This document shows, in pieces, positions 1 to 12,125 of a DNA stretch of 64,000 nt. Origin of the DNA: Azolla caroliniana (taxonomy: Eukaryota; Plantae; Polypodiophyta); contig JBHGNT010000011.1 of assembly GCA_043228905.1 (NCBI GenBank), positions 16,306,001 through 16,370,000 on the forward strand. Reading direction: 5' to 3'. Made by a program: the position numbers and the translations under genes. Each line of letters opens with the position of its first letter. Position 1 is the stretch's first letter. The notes under the pieces are model-generated. The model saw only the letters and a list, made by a program, of their open reading frames with translations. It did no database searches and was not told where the DNA came from.

Positions 1-1753
1 GTCGGATGCCGCGTTGTCGGCAGAATTTGACGAATTCTTCGGATTTGAACTCTCCCCCATTGTCAGTCCGAAAGCATTTCAGTTTTCGGTCAGTTTGATT
101 TTCTACCATAGCGAGCCAATCGGAGAAGATCGAGAAGACACGATCTTTGGTGCGAATTTGATAAGCCCACACCTTTCGAGTCGAATCGTCAATAAAACTG
201 ACGAAGTAAGAGGCACCGCCAAGAGACTGATGCGGCATTGGGCCACAGACGTCCGAGTGGACTAGATCGAGAGGTCTCGTTTCTCTTGGTGCTGATGTCG
301 GGTGTGATGCGGCTGCTTGTTTGCCATACTGGCAATGTTCGCAGAATTGATGGTCGGAGAAGGAGAGTTTAGGGATGTATCCGGCTCTAGATAGGTGTGT
401 AATGCCGGCCTTGCTGAGGTGTCCTAATCTTCTGTGCCATAGTGATGACACAGGAATATCCACCAAAAACAGGTTACCCTCCCTGAGCGTAACATGTAAC
501 GGATACAGTGAGTGTATCTTGGGTCCTCTAGCAAGCAGGAGGTTCCCCCTGTGGAGTGTCCACCCTCCCGAAGAGAAACCGACACGAATGCCGTCTTCAT
601 CTAGTTGTCCGACTGAGATCAATGGCCTTGAGAGCTCGGGTACATGTCGGACATTGTGAAGTACAAGTGTAGAGCCACCTGCAAGGTTGAGCTCTACTGT
701 GCCGATTCCAATGATGTCACAGTGTTGTGAGTTGCCGACTCGAACTGAGTCGGAGTGACGGATCGTATATTGCCGAAATTGGGATCGATGAGGAGTCACG
801 TGAAATGACGCGCCCGAATCTAAGAGCCATGTGCTCGATTCTTCAGTCGTGAGCAGAACTTCTGATCCGACTGGATTTTCGATTGATAGTATATTCGGGT
901 CGTTTGGTAGCACATCAGCTGAGAAGCTGACGTAATTGATCTCCTCATGCCGGCCACTCTTCTTGTCTGATTTCTGAGACTTGTCGTTCTTGTTCTTGAG
1001 TGCGCGGCAGTCGGCTTTGATGTGTCCGGGTTTCTTGCAATAGTTGCAGATTCGATTATCCCGTGACTGGCTCCGTCTTCGCTGATTGTTCGGCTGCCGT
1101 GAGGAATCTCTTCCTCGTATGTTCGATCGGTCTGTCGAACCTTGTACTACGTAAGCGTCGTCTGTTGAGTCTTTGGCGAAAGACTTTCTCCGAGCTGCTT
1201 CGGTCAGGATTGCACTCGTGACTTTGGAGTATTTAACAGCCGTGGTTGACGCGTTGCACACGGTTGTGACGAAAGTTTCCCATGATGAGGGAAGGCTGCT
1301 CATGAGTATCATTGCTCTGAGTTCATCCTCGATTGCCGTCCCCTGAGATGAGATTTGGGAGCTTATGCTTTCGTACTCATTTAGATGTGCTTGAACCGAA
1401 TCGGATTCTTTCATCCGCAAGTTGTAGAGGCGCCGAATAAGAAACATCTTCGTTGCAGCGACCTTCTTTTCGTAGGTGTCCGACAGTGTTTTCCACAGTT
1501 CGAATGCTGTCATACACGATTGCACCGTAAAGTATACCGATTCCGATAGGTGCATCCGAATCGTGGTGCGGACGATTCTGTCCAGCTTCTGCCACTCAAT
1601 TGGTTTGTATCCTTCTGGAGGTTCTTCATTTTCGATGGGATCGATTTGCCCCTTGACTATGAGATAGTCCTGCATTTGCTCCTTCCAGAAGTTGAAGTTC
1701 GATCCATCGAACTTTCGTAGACTCATTTCTGACGAGCCGGATGTTGATGCCAT
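1..1753 (-). CDS. Copia gag-protease-integrase polyprotein, partial (open to the window edge)
   Basis: ATG at 1753 gives MASTSGSSEMSLRKFDGSNFNFWKEQMQDYL. In the same frame: a CCHC zinc knuckle, WLLDSGASFH (protease) and LDLVHSDVCG (integrase). It is absent from the ORF track, consistent with no stop codon inside the window. Confidence 0.9.
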   Translation of the reverse strand, partial: MASTSGSSEMSLRKFDGSNFNFWKEQMQDYLIVKGQIDPIENEEPPEGYKPIEWQKLDRIVRTTIRMHLSESVYFTVQSCMTAFELWKTLSDTYEKKVAATKMFLIRRLYNLRMKESDSVQAHLNEYESISSQISSQGTAIEDELRAMILMSSLPSSWETFVTTVCNASTTAVKYSKVTSAILTEAARRKSFAKDSTDDAYVVQGSTDRSNIRGRDSSRQPNNQRRRSQSRDNRICNYCKKPGHIKADCRALKNKNDKSQKSDKKSGRHEEINYVSFSADVLPNDPNILSIENPVGSEVLLTTEESSTWLLDSGASFHVTPHRSQFRQYTIRHSDSVRVGNSQHCDIIGIGTVELNLAGGSTLVLHNVRHVPELSRPLISVGQLDEDGIRVGFSSGGWTLHRGNLLLARGPKIHSLYPLHVTLREGNLFLVDIPVSSLWHRRLGHLSKAGITHLSRAGYIPKLSFSDHQFCEHCQYGKQAAASHPTSAPRETRPLDLVHSDVCGPMPHQSLGGASYFVSFIDDSTRKVWAYQIRTKDRVFSIFSDWLAMVENQTDRKLKCFRTDNGGEFKSEEFVKFCRQRGIR

Positions 1754-2745
1754 CAAATTTGGTTTCGGTTGACGAAGCTCGGTTGGGAGTGGACTACGAA
1801 CCTTGTTGGAGTGCAGCCGGTTGGCTCACCTGATATCGTTCTAGTCGGATTTGGACCCGAGTCGGTTCGGCTTCGGATATATGTGTTGTTGAACTTGCTC
1901 GAATTGACTCCGGTAACTTGAGGGACAGAACCGACTGGTCTTCCCGAATGTTGCCAAGTCGGAGTGAGCCCGGTTCGCTTCCGAATATATATGCCAAATA
2001 CCGATTATTGAAACCGATTGTCTGGACCGATTCTGCTTCGGGTGACTGCAGCAACGAGAGAGACAGATCCAACTGATCCTCCCGAATGTCGATCAGCCGG
2101 ATGAAGCACGAATTTGGGTTGTTTTCTTGAGACCGATCTGCACCGAGTGGTTACAATGAGCGGCGAGCAACGTTTGATGACCTCTTCGGATGCCGTTTAA
2201 CCGAGTGGAGCACGATCGTGTCAATGTTGCACAAGGGGATTTCACCTCGAGCGGTTACGATCACAAGGAACAGAGTACAACCGACTGGCTTACTCCAAGC
2301 GAAGATGATCTAACGCGATGAGATGCAAGCCTCGTTTTTCTTCTTGTCTCTTCTTCGAATGACGCAGGAAACCGAATGCTGTGCAGGCTGAGACGACGGC
2401 CGACAGCGGATTGAAGGACCGAATACTGTGCAGGCTCTGATACCAGATGTTGGAAACAAAGGCCGTCAATGCGGAAGATCAAGAAGCATTCTTTTCCTGT
2501 TTGATACCTGCGTATGACAGTTTCTGAGATAGTGCACAGAGAGAGAGAGAGAGAGAGGGAGGCACAAAAGACTTTCTATTCCATAGAAACAATAATACAA
2601 CCAACCTTACAAAAAGGTTACAAGGTCACTATATATAGTGACCGACTAAGGGCAACTCCCATTTATGCTAATTACACAAATGGCCCAAACTTGAGCTATA
2701 CAAAGGGATAGTGTGGATACGTCCATTATACACTTGTATTCGACA
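1..2745 (-). mobile_element. Ty1/copia LTR retrotransposon 'Copia-1', 5' part (runs off the left edge), nested in Gypsy-1
   Basis: 5' LTR about 2448-2745 (TG...CA, AG microsatellite, TATA-like motif). tRNA-iMet PBS (TGGTATCAGAGCC, reverse complement) at 2433-2445. About 680-bp leader, then gag-pol. Right flank CGAAG... is gypsy pol sequence homologous to 14581-14655. Confidence 0.9.
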
Positions 2746-2819
2746 CGAAGTCATCGCGAACTTCAATCGGGGGCTCGGGTCGGATCGGACGGCCCGAGTT
2801 AGCACGAAGTACAAGACTG

Positions 2820-5800
2820 TGTTGGGATTACGGTCCCTTTCGGATGGGATGGTCGGATATCGGAGATGAATGCCGACAAGCCCGGTTTCGGTTCCGGAAC
2901 CGGATGATGAAGACCCCGGCTTCGGAGCCGGATGACGAATGTACCCAGAGAGAGATCCGGATGCGGGGACATATCTGTGAATATGTTTGCCAAGGGCCCT
3001 TGAGGCTATAGTTGTAAATAGCCCCAAAGTCATATGTGTATAAATATGACTTAGGGCAAACAGTTTTAATGTTGCTTATTATTTTTTTGTTTTTCCACTC
3101 AAGAGGAGTGAAGAGAGAGCAGCCGCGAGAGAGATAGAGCGTGAGAGAGGAAGAGGTCGACGCCTCTGTGTATTTCCGCCGCCTGTGGCGAGGACAGCGA
3201 GCTCAAGGTCGTCGCCTTGCAGCTCGCCATTGTATATTTCTCTGTGCATAGTTTTGGTTCGGAGTCTTGTACTCCCGTGGTTTTTCCCGTACAGGGTTTT
3301 CCACGTTAAATCGTGTGTCCACTCTATTTTTCGCATTTCCCATTTTCTGCAACAACGATTCGTGTGTTTCCTTGGTTGTGGCCGAGAGGTGAAGTTTGGA
3401 AAGTGTCGATTTAATTTCCATCATTTGGTATCAGAGCGGGTTGCTGCAGAAAATGGAAGGCGGCGGCAGCGGGCAGCCGGGGATGATGGTGCTGAATGCG
3501 CAGAATTACGCCGACTGGAAGATCAAGATGGAGGATCTTCTGATTGTTCGGGACCTGTACGAACCGATTGACAGGTCGGAAATACCGAAGGGAGTACTTG
3601 AGTCGGAATGGAGGCTTCTGAACCGGAAAGCCGTTGCAACCATTCGGCAATACGTAGACGTGAGCGTTCTAGAACATGTGGCGAACGACATCAACGCATA
3701 TGAGATGTGGCGGAAGCTGTCGGGCCTCTACGAGAGGAAGAATGCGTTGAACCGGACCTCCCTGATGAGGAAGATAGTGAACCTCAAGTACCGGGACGGC
3801 GAGAGTATGGTGGAACACGTAAGCACGTTCATGGGATTCGTGAACCAGCTTGCGGCGATCAAGTTCCCGCTGGAGGATGCAATGCAAGCCATCATTCTGA
3901 TGTGTACATTGCCGGAAAGCTGGGAGAACTTGGTGGTGACTCTCAGCACCTCCTGCACGGAAGATAACTTGTCCCTACAAACGGTAAAGACAAGTATTTT
4001 GAACGAAGAAGCGCGTCGGAGAGATAAAGAACCGGCCTCCGACTCGAAGGCGCTGCTTACCGAATCGGAACGGGGAAGACAATGGAACCGGAGTCCGCAA
4101 AGACGGGAGAAGTCGGGGACCCGGTCGCAGTCAAGAGGAAGACCCACATGCTTCCACTGTGGGAAGCCGGGGCACTTCCGGAAGAATTGTCGGCATTACC
4201 GAAAGGACAACGGAGCCGACGACACCGATTCGAAGAAGTCACCGGAGAGAAACGGTGCATACCGGGGAGCCACGGACCGGAGAGGTCCGGATCGGCGAGG
4301 GCAGGACCGGAAAGGAACGACGGCACTCGCGGCAAGTGAGGAAGAAATCATGCTTATCACCGAAGAAGGTGAACTAAACATTGCCGGCGATGAGACGACC
4401 TGGGTGGTCGATTCCGGAGCATCGTTCCACCTGACCCCGGAGAGAAGATACTTCTCATCCTACACAGCCGGTGAGCATGGCTGTGTTCGGATGGGAAACG
4501 AAGGTACGTGCCGGATTGCCGGCATAGGAGACGTGTGGTTGACAACCCCGACCGGATGCAAAATGCTGCTGAAGGATGTCCGACACGTTCCGGAGGTTCG
4601 ATTGAACCTGATTTCGGCCGGGAGGCTAGACGATGAAGGCTACACAGGTAGCATCCGGAACGGCGTAATGAAGTTCAGCAAGGGGAGCCTGATAGTGGCT
4701 CGGGCCCGGAAAGACAACACACTGTACCTGATGAATGCCCGGTTATGTCCGGAAGAGTTGAATGTGGCAGCCGACACTGCCGGTGAGCTGTGGCACAAAA
4801 GACTGTGCCACATGAGTGAGAAGGGGATGAAGAGGCTTGCAGATGACAACCTTATTCCAGTGAAGCATGTGCACCTGGAGAAGTGCACCGATTGCCTGGC
4901 CGGTAAGCAGAACCGAACCTCCTTCCATTCAAGGCCACCGACGATACGTAACGCACCATTGGAGTTGGTGCACACTGATGTGTGTCAGGTAGAAACGAAG
5001 TCACATGGCGGAGCCCAGTACTTCGTAACATTCATTGATGATCACAGCCGGAAGCTGTGGACGGCACCGTTGAAGACAAAGGACCAAGTGTTGTCCGTCT
5101 TCAAAGAACTCCACGCGAGAGTGGAAAGAGAATCCGGCAAGAAGCTGAAAGCGATACGAGCGGATAACGGAGGGGAATACCGGGGGCAGTTCGCGGAGTA
5201 CTGTCGCTCGAAGGGAATCCGGCTCGAGTTTACTGTGCCGAAGACGCCGGAACTGAACGGGCTGGCCGAGAGGATGAATCGGACCATAATGGAGAGGGTC
5301 CGGAGTATGCTGGCGCATGCGGAATTACCCAAGGGGTTTTGGGCTGAGGCGATGTCGACGGCGACATACGTGATAAACAGATCACCCTCAGTACCTTTGG
5401 ACGGAGACACGCCGCAGAGAGTGTGGACCGGTAGGGAAGTATCCTACCGGCATCTGAAGGTGTTCGGGTGTCTCGCATACGTGCATGTGGCAAAGGACCG
5501 GAGAGGAAAGCTAGATCCAAAGACCCGGCCATGCATATTCCTCGGTTACGGCGATGACGAATTCGGCTACCGAGTATGGGACCCGGTCGACAAGAAGATA
5601 TTCCGGAGTCGTGATATCATCTTCATGGAGAACAAGACACTCGCCGACTGGGAGTCGGAGAAGAAGATGAAGAGCTCCAAGTCGACCGGTGAGGATCAAC
5701 TCTACGAGGAGCAGTCCCGACCGGCAAGGGACCGGTTAGCACTCGAGGATCCGGCCGAAGACGGTGAAGAAACAGAACCGGCCGAAGAAGATGAAAATGA

Positions 5801-8140
5801 TACCGGAACCGGCCCCGATCCCGAAATGGATTCGGATGAAGAAGAATCGGAAGAACCGGTTACCGAAGCTCCGGAACGGAGATATCCTCTAAGAGAGAGA
5901 AGGGCCCCTCGGAGATTTCCGGAACCAGAGCACCTGCTGCTAACCGACGAGGGGGAGCCGGAGAGCTTTGAAGAAGCAAAGCATGACACCCAGAGCCGCA
6001 GGTGGTTGAGTGCCATGCAGGACGAGATGGATTCCCTGCATGAGAACCACACATATGAACTTGTGGAGTTGCCGAAAGGAAAGCGGGCACTTCGAAACAA
6101 GTGGGTGTACAAGCTGAAACCGGGAGATGCCGGAAACCCCTCGAGATACAAAGCCAGGATCGTGGTGAAGGGGTTTCAGCAGAAGAAGGGCGTCGACTTT
6201 GACGAGATATTTGCCCCGGTAGTGAAGATGACCTCCATCCGGACGGTGCTGAGCATAGCGGCAAGCATGGACCTCGAGGTAGAACAGATGGACGTGAAGA
6301 CGGCATTCCTTCACGGTGACCTCGAAGAAGAGATCTACATGCAGCAACCGGAAGGATTCGAGAAGAAAGGGAAGGAGCACCTGGTATGCCGGTTGAAGAA
6401 GAGCCTCTACGGACTGAAGCAGGCTCCCCGGCAATGGTACCGGAAGTTCGACTCCTTCATGACCGACGAAGGGTACCTCAAAACGCAGTCCGACCACTGC
6501 GTGTTTGTGAAGAAGTTCAAAGGAGGAGACTTTCTAATACTCCTCCTGTACGTGGACGACATGTTGATCGTCGGACGGGACCAGGTCAAGATACGGATGC
6601 TGAAGAAGGCTCTTCACCGAACCTTCTCAATGAAGGACTTGGGTCCGGCGAGACAAATACTAGGGATGCACATCATCCGGGACCGGAGCAAGAAGCAGTT
6701 GTGGCTGTCACAGGAAAAGTACGTGACAAAGGTGCTTAAACGGTTCAACATGTCGGAAGCAAGACCGGTCGGATCGACCCTCCCGGCAAACTGCAAGCTG
6801 TCCAACAAGCAAAGTCCCAAGACAAAGGCTGAGAAGGAGGACATGATGAAAGTGCCATATGCCTCTGCCGTCGGAAGCCTGATGTACGCAATGGTGTGTA
6901 CAAGACCGGACATTGGATACGCAGTCGGAGTGGTGAGCCGGTACATGAGCAATCCCGGCAAAGAGCATTGGAACGCGGTCAAGTGGATACTCCGATACCT
7001 GAAGGGCACGGCAAACGTGTGCCTCCGATTCGGCTCCGGTAAGCCCGAACTCGACGGCTTTACCGATTCGGATATGTCGGCTGATGCAGATACCAGCCGG
7101 TCCACATCAGGGTATGTGATGACGTATGCAGGGGGAGCTGTTTCATGGCAGTCGAGGCTGCAGAAGACGGTTGCGTTGTCAACCACGGAGGCGGAGTACA
7201 TGGCGGCTGTTGAAGCCGGCAAGGAAATAATATGGATGAAGGACTTCATTAGAGAGCTCGGTATCCGACAGGAGGAGTACCGACTCTACTGCGACAGTCA
7301 GAGTGCAATCCACCTTGCGAAGAACGCGGCCTATCACTCCCGGACGAAGCACATCCAACGAAGATATCACTGGATCCGGGAAAGGATAGAAGACAAGGAG
7401 TTCGTGCTGACGAAGGTCCACACGGACGAGAACGGGTCGGATATGCTGACCAAGGTGCTCACACCCGACAAGCTGGAAGCATGCCGGAAGAGGATCGGAT
7501 TGGAGAGACATCCCATGCCGAAGTGAAGGAGGAGTTTGTTGGGATTACGGTCCCTTTCGGATGGGATGGTCGGATATCGGAGATGAATGCCGACAAGCCC
7601 GGTTTCGGTTCCGGAACCGGATGATGAAGACCCCGGCTTCGGAGCCAGATGACGAATGTACCCGGAGAGAGATCCGGATGCGGGGACATATCTGTGAATA
7701 TGTTTGCCAAGGGCCCTTGAGGCTATAGTTGTAAATAGCCTCAAAGTCATATGTGTATAAATATGACTTAGGGCAAACAGTTTTAATGTTGCTTATCATT
7801 TTTCTGTTTTTCCACTCAAGAGGAGTGAAGAGAGAGCAGCCGCGAGAGAGATAGAGCGTGAGAGAGGAAGAGGTCGACGCCTCTGTGTATTTCCGCCGCC
7901 TGTGGCGAGGACAACGAGCTCAAGGTCGTCGCCTTGCAGCTCGCCATTGTATATTTCTCTGTGCATAGTTTTGGTTCGGAGTCTTGTACTCCCGTGGTTT
8001 TTCCCGTACAGGGTTTTCCACGTTAAATCGTGTGTCCACTCTATTTTTCGCATTTCCCATTTTCTGCAACAACGATTCGTGTGTTTCCTTGGTTGTGGCC
8101 GAGAGGTGAAGTTTGGAAAGTGTCGATTTAATTTCCATCA
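2820..8140 (+). mobile_element. Intact Ty1/copia LTR retrotransposon 'Copia-2'
   Basis: 604-bp LTRs at 2820-3423 and 7537-8140 (about 6 visible differences). TSD GACTG at 2815-2819 and 8141-8145. tRNA-iMet PBS at 3426-3437. Purine tract at about 7520-7534. Confidence 0.97.
3453..7526 (+). CDS. Copia gag-pol polyprotein (GAG, PR, INT, RT, RNase H)
   Basis: Uninterrupted ORF with CFHCGKPGHFRKNC, VVDSGAS, LVHTDVC / DNGGEY / ERMNRT, YVDD and RNase H motifs. The ATG at 3453 after the PBS is the likely start; the track's start at 3396 lies inside the LTR. Confidence 0.95.
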   Translation: MEGGGSGQPGMMVLNAQNYADWKIKMEDLLIVRDLYEPIDRSEIPKGVLESEWRLLNRKAVATIRQYVDVSVLEHVANDINAYEMWRKLSGLYERKNALNRTSLMRKIVNLKYRDGESMVEHVSTFMGFVNQLAAIKFPLEDAMQAIILMCTLPESWENLVVTLSTSCTEDNLSLQTVKTSILNEEARRRDKEPASDSKALLTESERGRQWNRSPQRREKSGTRSQSRGRPTCFHCGKPGHFRKNCRHYRKDNGADDTDSKKSPERNGAYRGATDRRGPDRRGQDRKGTTALAASEEEIMLITEEGELNIAGDETTWVVDSGASFHLTPERRYFSSYTAGEHGCVRMGNEGTCRIAGIGDVWLTTPTGCKMLLKDVRHVPEVRLNLISAGRLDDEGYTGSIRNGVMKFSKGSLIVARARKDNTLYLMNARLCPEELNVAADTAGELWHKRLCHMSEKGMKRLADDNLIPVKHVHLEKCTDCLAGKQNRTSFHSRPPTIRNAPLELVHTDVCQVETKSHGGAQYFVTFIDDHSRKLWTAPLKTKDQVLSVFKELHARVERESGKKLKAIRADNGGEYRGQFAEYCRSKGIRLEFTVPKTPELNGLAERMNRTIMERVRSMLAHAELPKGFWAEAMSTATYVINRSPSVPLDGDTPQRVWTGREVSYRHLKVFGCLAYVHVAKDRRGKLDPKTRPCIFLGYGDDEFGYRVWDPVDKKIFRSRDIIFMENKTLADWESEKKMKSSKSTGEDQLYEEQSRPARDRLALEDPAEDGEETEPAEEDENDTGTGPDPEMDSDEEESEEPVTEAPERRYPLRERRAPRRFPEPEHLLLTDEGEPESFEEAKHDTQSRRWLSAMQDEMDSLHENHTYELVELPKGKRALRNKWVYKLKPGDAGNPSRYKARIVVKGFQQKKGVDFDEIFAPVVKMTSIRTVLSIAASMDLEVEQMDVKTAFLHGDLEEEIYMQQPEGFEKKGKEHLVCRLKKSLYGLKQAPRQWYRKFDSFMTDEGYLKTQSDHCVFVKKFKGGDFLILLLYVDDMLIVGRDQVKIRMLKKALHRTFSMKDLGPARQILGMHIIRDRSKKQLWLSQEKYVTKVLKRFNMSEARPVGSTLPANCKLSNKQSPKTKAEKEDMMKVPYASAVGSLMYAMVCTRPDIGYAVGVVSRYMSNPGKEHWNAVKWILRYLKGTANVCLRFGSGKPELDGFTDSDMSADADTSRSTSGYVMTYAGGAVSWQSRLQKTVALSTTEAEYMAAVEAGKEIIWMKDFIRELGIRQEEYRLYCDSQSAIHLAKNAAYHSRTKHIQRRYHWIRERIEDKEFVLTKVHTDENGSDMLTKVLTPDKLEACRKRIGLERHPMPK

Positions 8141-8145
8141 GACTG

Positions 8146-11100
8146 TGGACCGGAAGGTAAGGCCAGTCGCGGCACCCTTACCGGAGGGCAGCGAGTCCCG
8201 GATCAGAGGGGTTGCGTTGGACCCCAGTTTGCGAGATCCGGTCTGCATTGGACACACCTTCACCGACGGAACGCTCCGGGAGCTCAAAATCGGTGGGGGC
8301 GGGTTCCTACTGCCGGCGGAGGAAGACCGGTTTCGGAGAATGCTCGGAAGGCACGGGAAAGCCTTCGCATTCTCGCCGGAAGAGATCGGGTGCGTAGACC
8401 CGACAATCGTGGAGCCGATGGTGATATTCACGGTACCGCATGTACCGTGGAATCTCAAGCCGATTCCAGTACCGAGAGCTCACATCCCGAAGTTGATGGA
8501 GCTATTGAGGCAGAAAGTCGATATGGGTATTCTCGAACCGTCGAGCGCGCCATACTCGAACCGATGGTTTACCGTACCAAAGAAAAACGGAACATTGCGC
8601 TTCATTCAGGACCTACAGCCGGTCAACAGAGTGACCATTCGGAACGCAGGAATCGGACCGACCATAGACGAGTTCGCGGAGGCCTTCGCCGGGAGGTCGA
8701 TTTACTCGGTCGGTGATCTGTACTCGGGGTACGACCAGTTCCAGCTAGCTGTGGAGAGCAGAGACATTACGACGATGCGAACTCCCCTCGGCCTAGTGCG
8801 AATGTGTACCCTGCCACAAGGAGGGACCAACTCGGTGGCCCACATGGTGAATGCAATGAACAAGGTACTGAGGGATTGCATCCCAGACATCACCATGCCA
8901 TTTCTAGACGACATCCCGATCAAGGGGTGCCCGGTGGAAGAGAAGGACGCGACACTCGGATGCCGGCGATTCGTGGCAACACACATCGACGACTGCGAGA
9001 AGGTGCTACAAAGGCTAGAGGATGCGAGGCTCACCTTCTCCGGGGAGAAATCGGCCTTCGGGTAATCAGAAATCCTGGTGGTCGGACACCTATGTGGACC
9101 ATATGGCCGGAAGCCGTCTCCGGCAAAAGTAGAAGCCATCTCCGCGATGAAGACCGATTGTAGCTCGGTTACGGAAGTTCGGAGATTCCTGGGGGCATGC
9201 GCATTCTACCACATATGGATCCCGCACTACGCCCACGTTGCGGAGCCGCTATACGGGTTGCTGAAGAAGGGGCGGAAATTCGAGTGGCGAGACGAGCACA
9301 CGGAGTCGGTCCGGAAGCTGAAGGAAGCTCTTGCGGCAGCACCGGCGCTCCGGAAGGCTGTCTACGAGAAGGGTACCCCGGTATACATAACGGTGGACAC
9401 GAGTCCGACCGAGATCGGATGGGTCGTCAACCAAGAAGACAAGGACGGCATTCGGTTCCCAATCCGATTCGGCGCGAAGGTCCTCAGTGAGCGACAGCGA
9501 GGGTACGCCCAGGTTAAACGCGAACTCTGGGGTATCGTTTCGGCAGTAAAGGCCGACAAAGACTACCTGATCGGGACGGAAGTGATTATCGAGACGGATT
9601 GCCTGCCAATTCTCGGCATGGTTTCCGGATGCGCAACACCGGACTTGGCGATGCTCAGGTGGATAGCGTACATCAAGTCCATGGATCCGGAAATACGACA
9701 CATTTCCGGAAAGGACAACGCCATGGCCGACATGCTTTCGAGGGCGAGGTTTGATGACGAGGGCGGCATGGTTTCGGAGGACGAAGAAGTCGGCGTGGAC
9801 TTCTTCGAGGCGGCGTACGTGACGACCGATGGGACGAGCACTCCGGCACTTAACGACTTCGACGAGAGCAAGTATGACGACGAGTGGCTCCAGATCGGTG
9901 GATTTTTGAGGACAATGACGCCGGATGCGTCATGGACGAAGGAAGAGGCCAACCGGATCCGGAAGAAAGCTTACCGATTCTTTCTCCGGGACGGATACTT
10001 ATGGAAGCACCCGAAGAAGAGGAACGATGTCCCGCTCCGGGTGGTGGCGATGAAGGAAGAACAGGAGGAGCTACTGACGGCCTACCACGACAGCCCTTGG
10101 GCCAGACACCGTGGAACCTGGGCCACGTTCGAGAAGATAAAGGGGAAGTACTGGTGGCCGGGACTGTACCGGGACGTGCATCGGTTCGTGACAACTTGCC
10201 AGAGCTGTCAGATGCACTCCATAGTCCGACACCGGGACGAACTTCACCCTACGTACCCTCCGACCATCCACTTCAAATGGATGGTAGACCTGGTGACGAT
10301 GCCGATGGGAGTAGGACAGATGCGGTATCTGGTCCTGGCTCGGGAAGATCTGACGAACCAGGTGGAAGGCTGGGCCCTTCAGAACAAAACGACTGCAGCC
10401 GTATGTCGGTTCCTGCTCGAGGACGTAATATGCGGGTACGGGTGTGTCGGGAAGATCGTGGTTGATCGCGGGGAGTTGGACGCCGAAGAGGCCGAGGAGC
10501 TGTTCGACCGGTTAGGGGTCAAGCTCTCGCTTACCTCTGCGTACAATCCGGAGGCAAATGGAAAGGTGGAGCGCGGACACGGACCGATCGTCAAGGCGTT
10601 AGTTCGGGCATGCGGAGGGCAAGTCGGGAACTGGCCACGGCTGCTGCCTTACGCGTTGTGGGCTGACCGAACTACGCACAGTTCGGTAACCGGATTCATG
10701 CCGGCAGAGCTCATGTTTGGGCAGAAGCCGGTCATGCCGATGAAACGTACGATCTCCTCATGGGCAACCGTGGACTGGAGAGACGAGATGAGCCGGGAGG
10801 AACTATTGGCGGCGCGCATACGACAACTCGAGCGAAGACCGGAGGACGTGGAGCAGGCTGCGGGAAAGCTTCGGGTGGCAAGGACGAGGAACAAAGCCCG
10901 GTTCGACGGGACGCACCGGCTCCGACCGAAGAAGATCGAGGAAGGCGACTGGGTGCTAGTCTATGACAGCAGCCTCGACAACCAGCACCGAGCAACACGG
11001 AAGTTCGCAAGAAGGTGGTTCGGGCCTTACGTGGTACAAAGCGCCAACGACAACGGGACGTACCATCTGGCGGAACTCGACGGCACGAGAATGGCGATAC

Positions 11101-11222
11101 CAGTAGCTGGGAAGCGGATCAAAGCGTTCAAGAAGCGTCACGACGACGAGCCGGATCCGGATAACCTGGACCGGGACGACGAACGATCCGAAACCAAAGA
11201 AGAACCGACGGGCGAGGAATAA
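8146..11222 (+). pseudogene. Gypsy-1 pol (RT, RNase H, INT), disrupted
   Basis: Near-identical to the protein of 14357-17740 (FLDD RT motif, HHCC zinc-binding domain, GPY motif). Premature TAA at 9063-9065 and a 3-codon deletion near 8955. Confidence 0.9.
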
Positions 11223-12085
11223 AGGCTGGACCGGTTTTCTCCATCCCAACTCAATTTGGCGCATGCCGGTGGATGCGCGGTTAGGTGGGGGCGGATGTCG
11301 TGAAGAAAACCGTCCACGAGCGGAATCGGTGCGCCGGAGCATAGGAACCGGCTCTTCATGCACGTTGTCGTGAAGAAAACCGCCCACAAGAGGAATCGGA
11401 GGAACAAGGCGTGGGAAACGGCTCTACACACACACGCGCGCCAAGAAGTACCTAAGGACGAAGTAGGCACATACGAGGATCCTAGGTGGGTAGATTCGGT
11501 TGGTATGCAGTTAATGCCAAACGGCCTCTTGACGGGCTATAAAAGGAAGAGGAAGAAGAGAAGTCGAACATCTCCCGCGGAGAGGACGAAGTGCTGCCGA
11601 ACCGATTTCGGAGCTTCTCTCTCACTCCTGCTCTCTCTGTCTTCTGCTCCATCGCGTACCTGTGCAGGTTTCGAGGAGGCTTGCGCTGTTCCGTGGAACG
11701 CCCCGAGTGCGTCCTGCAGCACCTCCGACCTGTTTTCCCTTTTTGTGCGTCGCGACATACAGGGGTCGGCAGCTGTTCGCCGCCCTGTTCGTTTTCGTTA
11801 GTATCTATTTTGTGCCCCACCGTGGGTTGTAATACTTTAGTCTGTTATTTTCTTGCATTCATAAGCGCATATCTCTCGTTGTTGCGTCCATCTGCGTCGG
11901 CGTTTATTTGTGATCCCTGTTTGTTGGGCCGTGTCCCTGTGCAATCGTCGGTTCTGCGCAATCGGATCTTCGGTTCTGTGTAATCGGGTCTCTCTCTCTT
12001 ACTCCTCTCTCTCTTGCTCTTCGGTTCGAGACCCCCGTGGTCCCTCCTCCTTTCTACACGCAAGGGCGTAGCAACCCCGACATCT

Positions 12086-12102
12086 TGGTGAACCCGACGT
12101 GA
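12086..12102 (+). promoter_or_regulatory. Primer binding site complementary to tRNA-Trp
   Basis: TGGTGAACCCGACGTGA is the reverse complement of TCACGTCGGGTTCACCA, the 3' end of plant cytosolic tRNA-Trp. It lies 3 nt after the LTR. Confidence 0.85.
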
Positions 12103-12125
12103 AAGAGGCGGCAGAAGAGCAGGAA

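Noticed and set aside
7902-9065. 387-aa ORF as a novel fusion gene
   Set aside because: Chance in-frame join of Copia-2 LTR sequence to interrupted Gypsy-1 pol; it ends at a premature stop.
11358-12063. Short ORFs duplicated at 17802-18510
   Set aside because: They lie within near-identical LTRs and have no recognisable domains.
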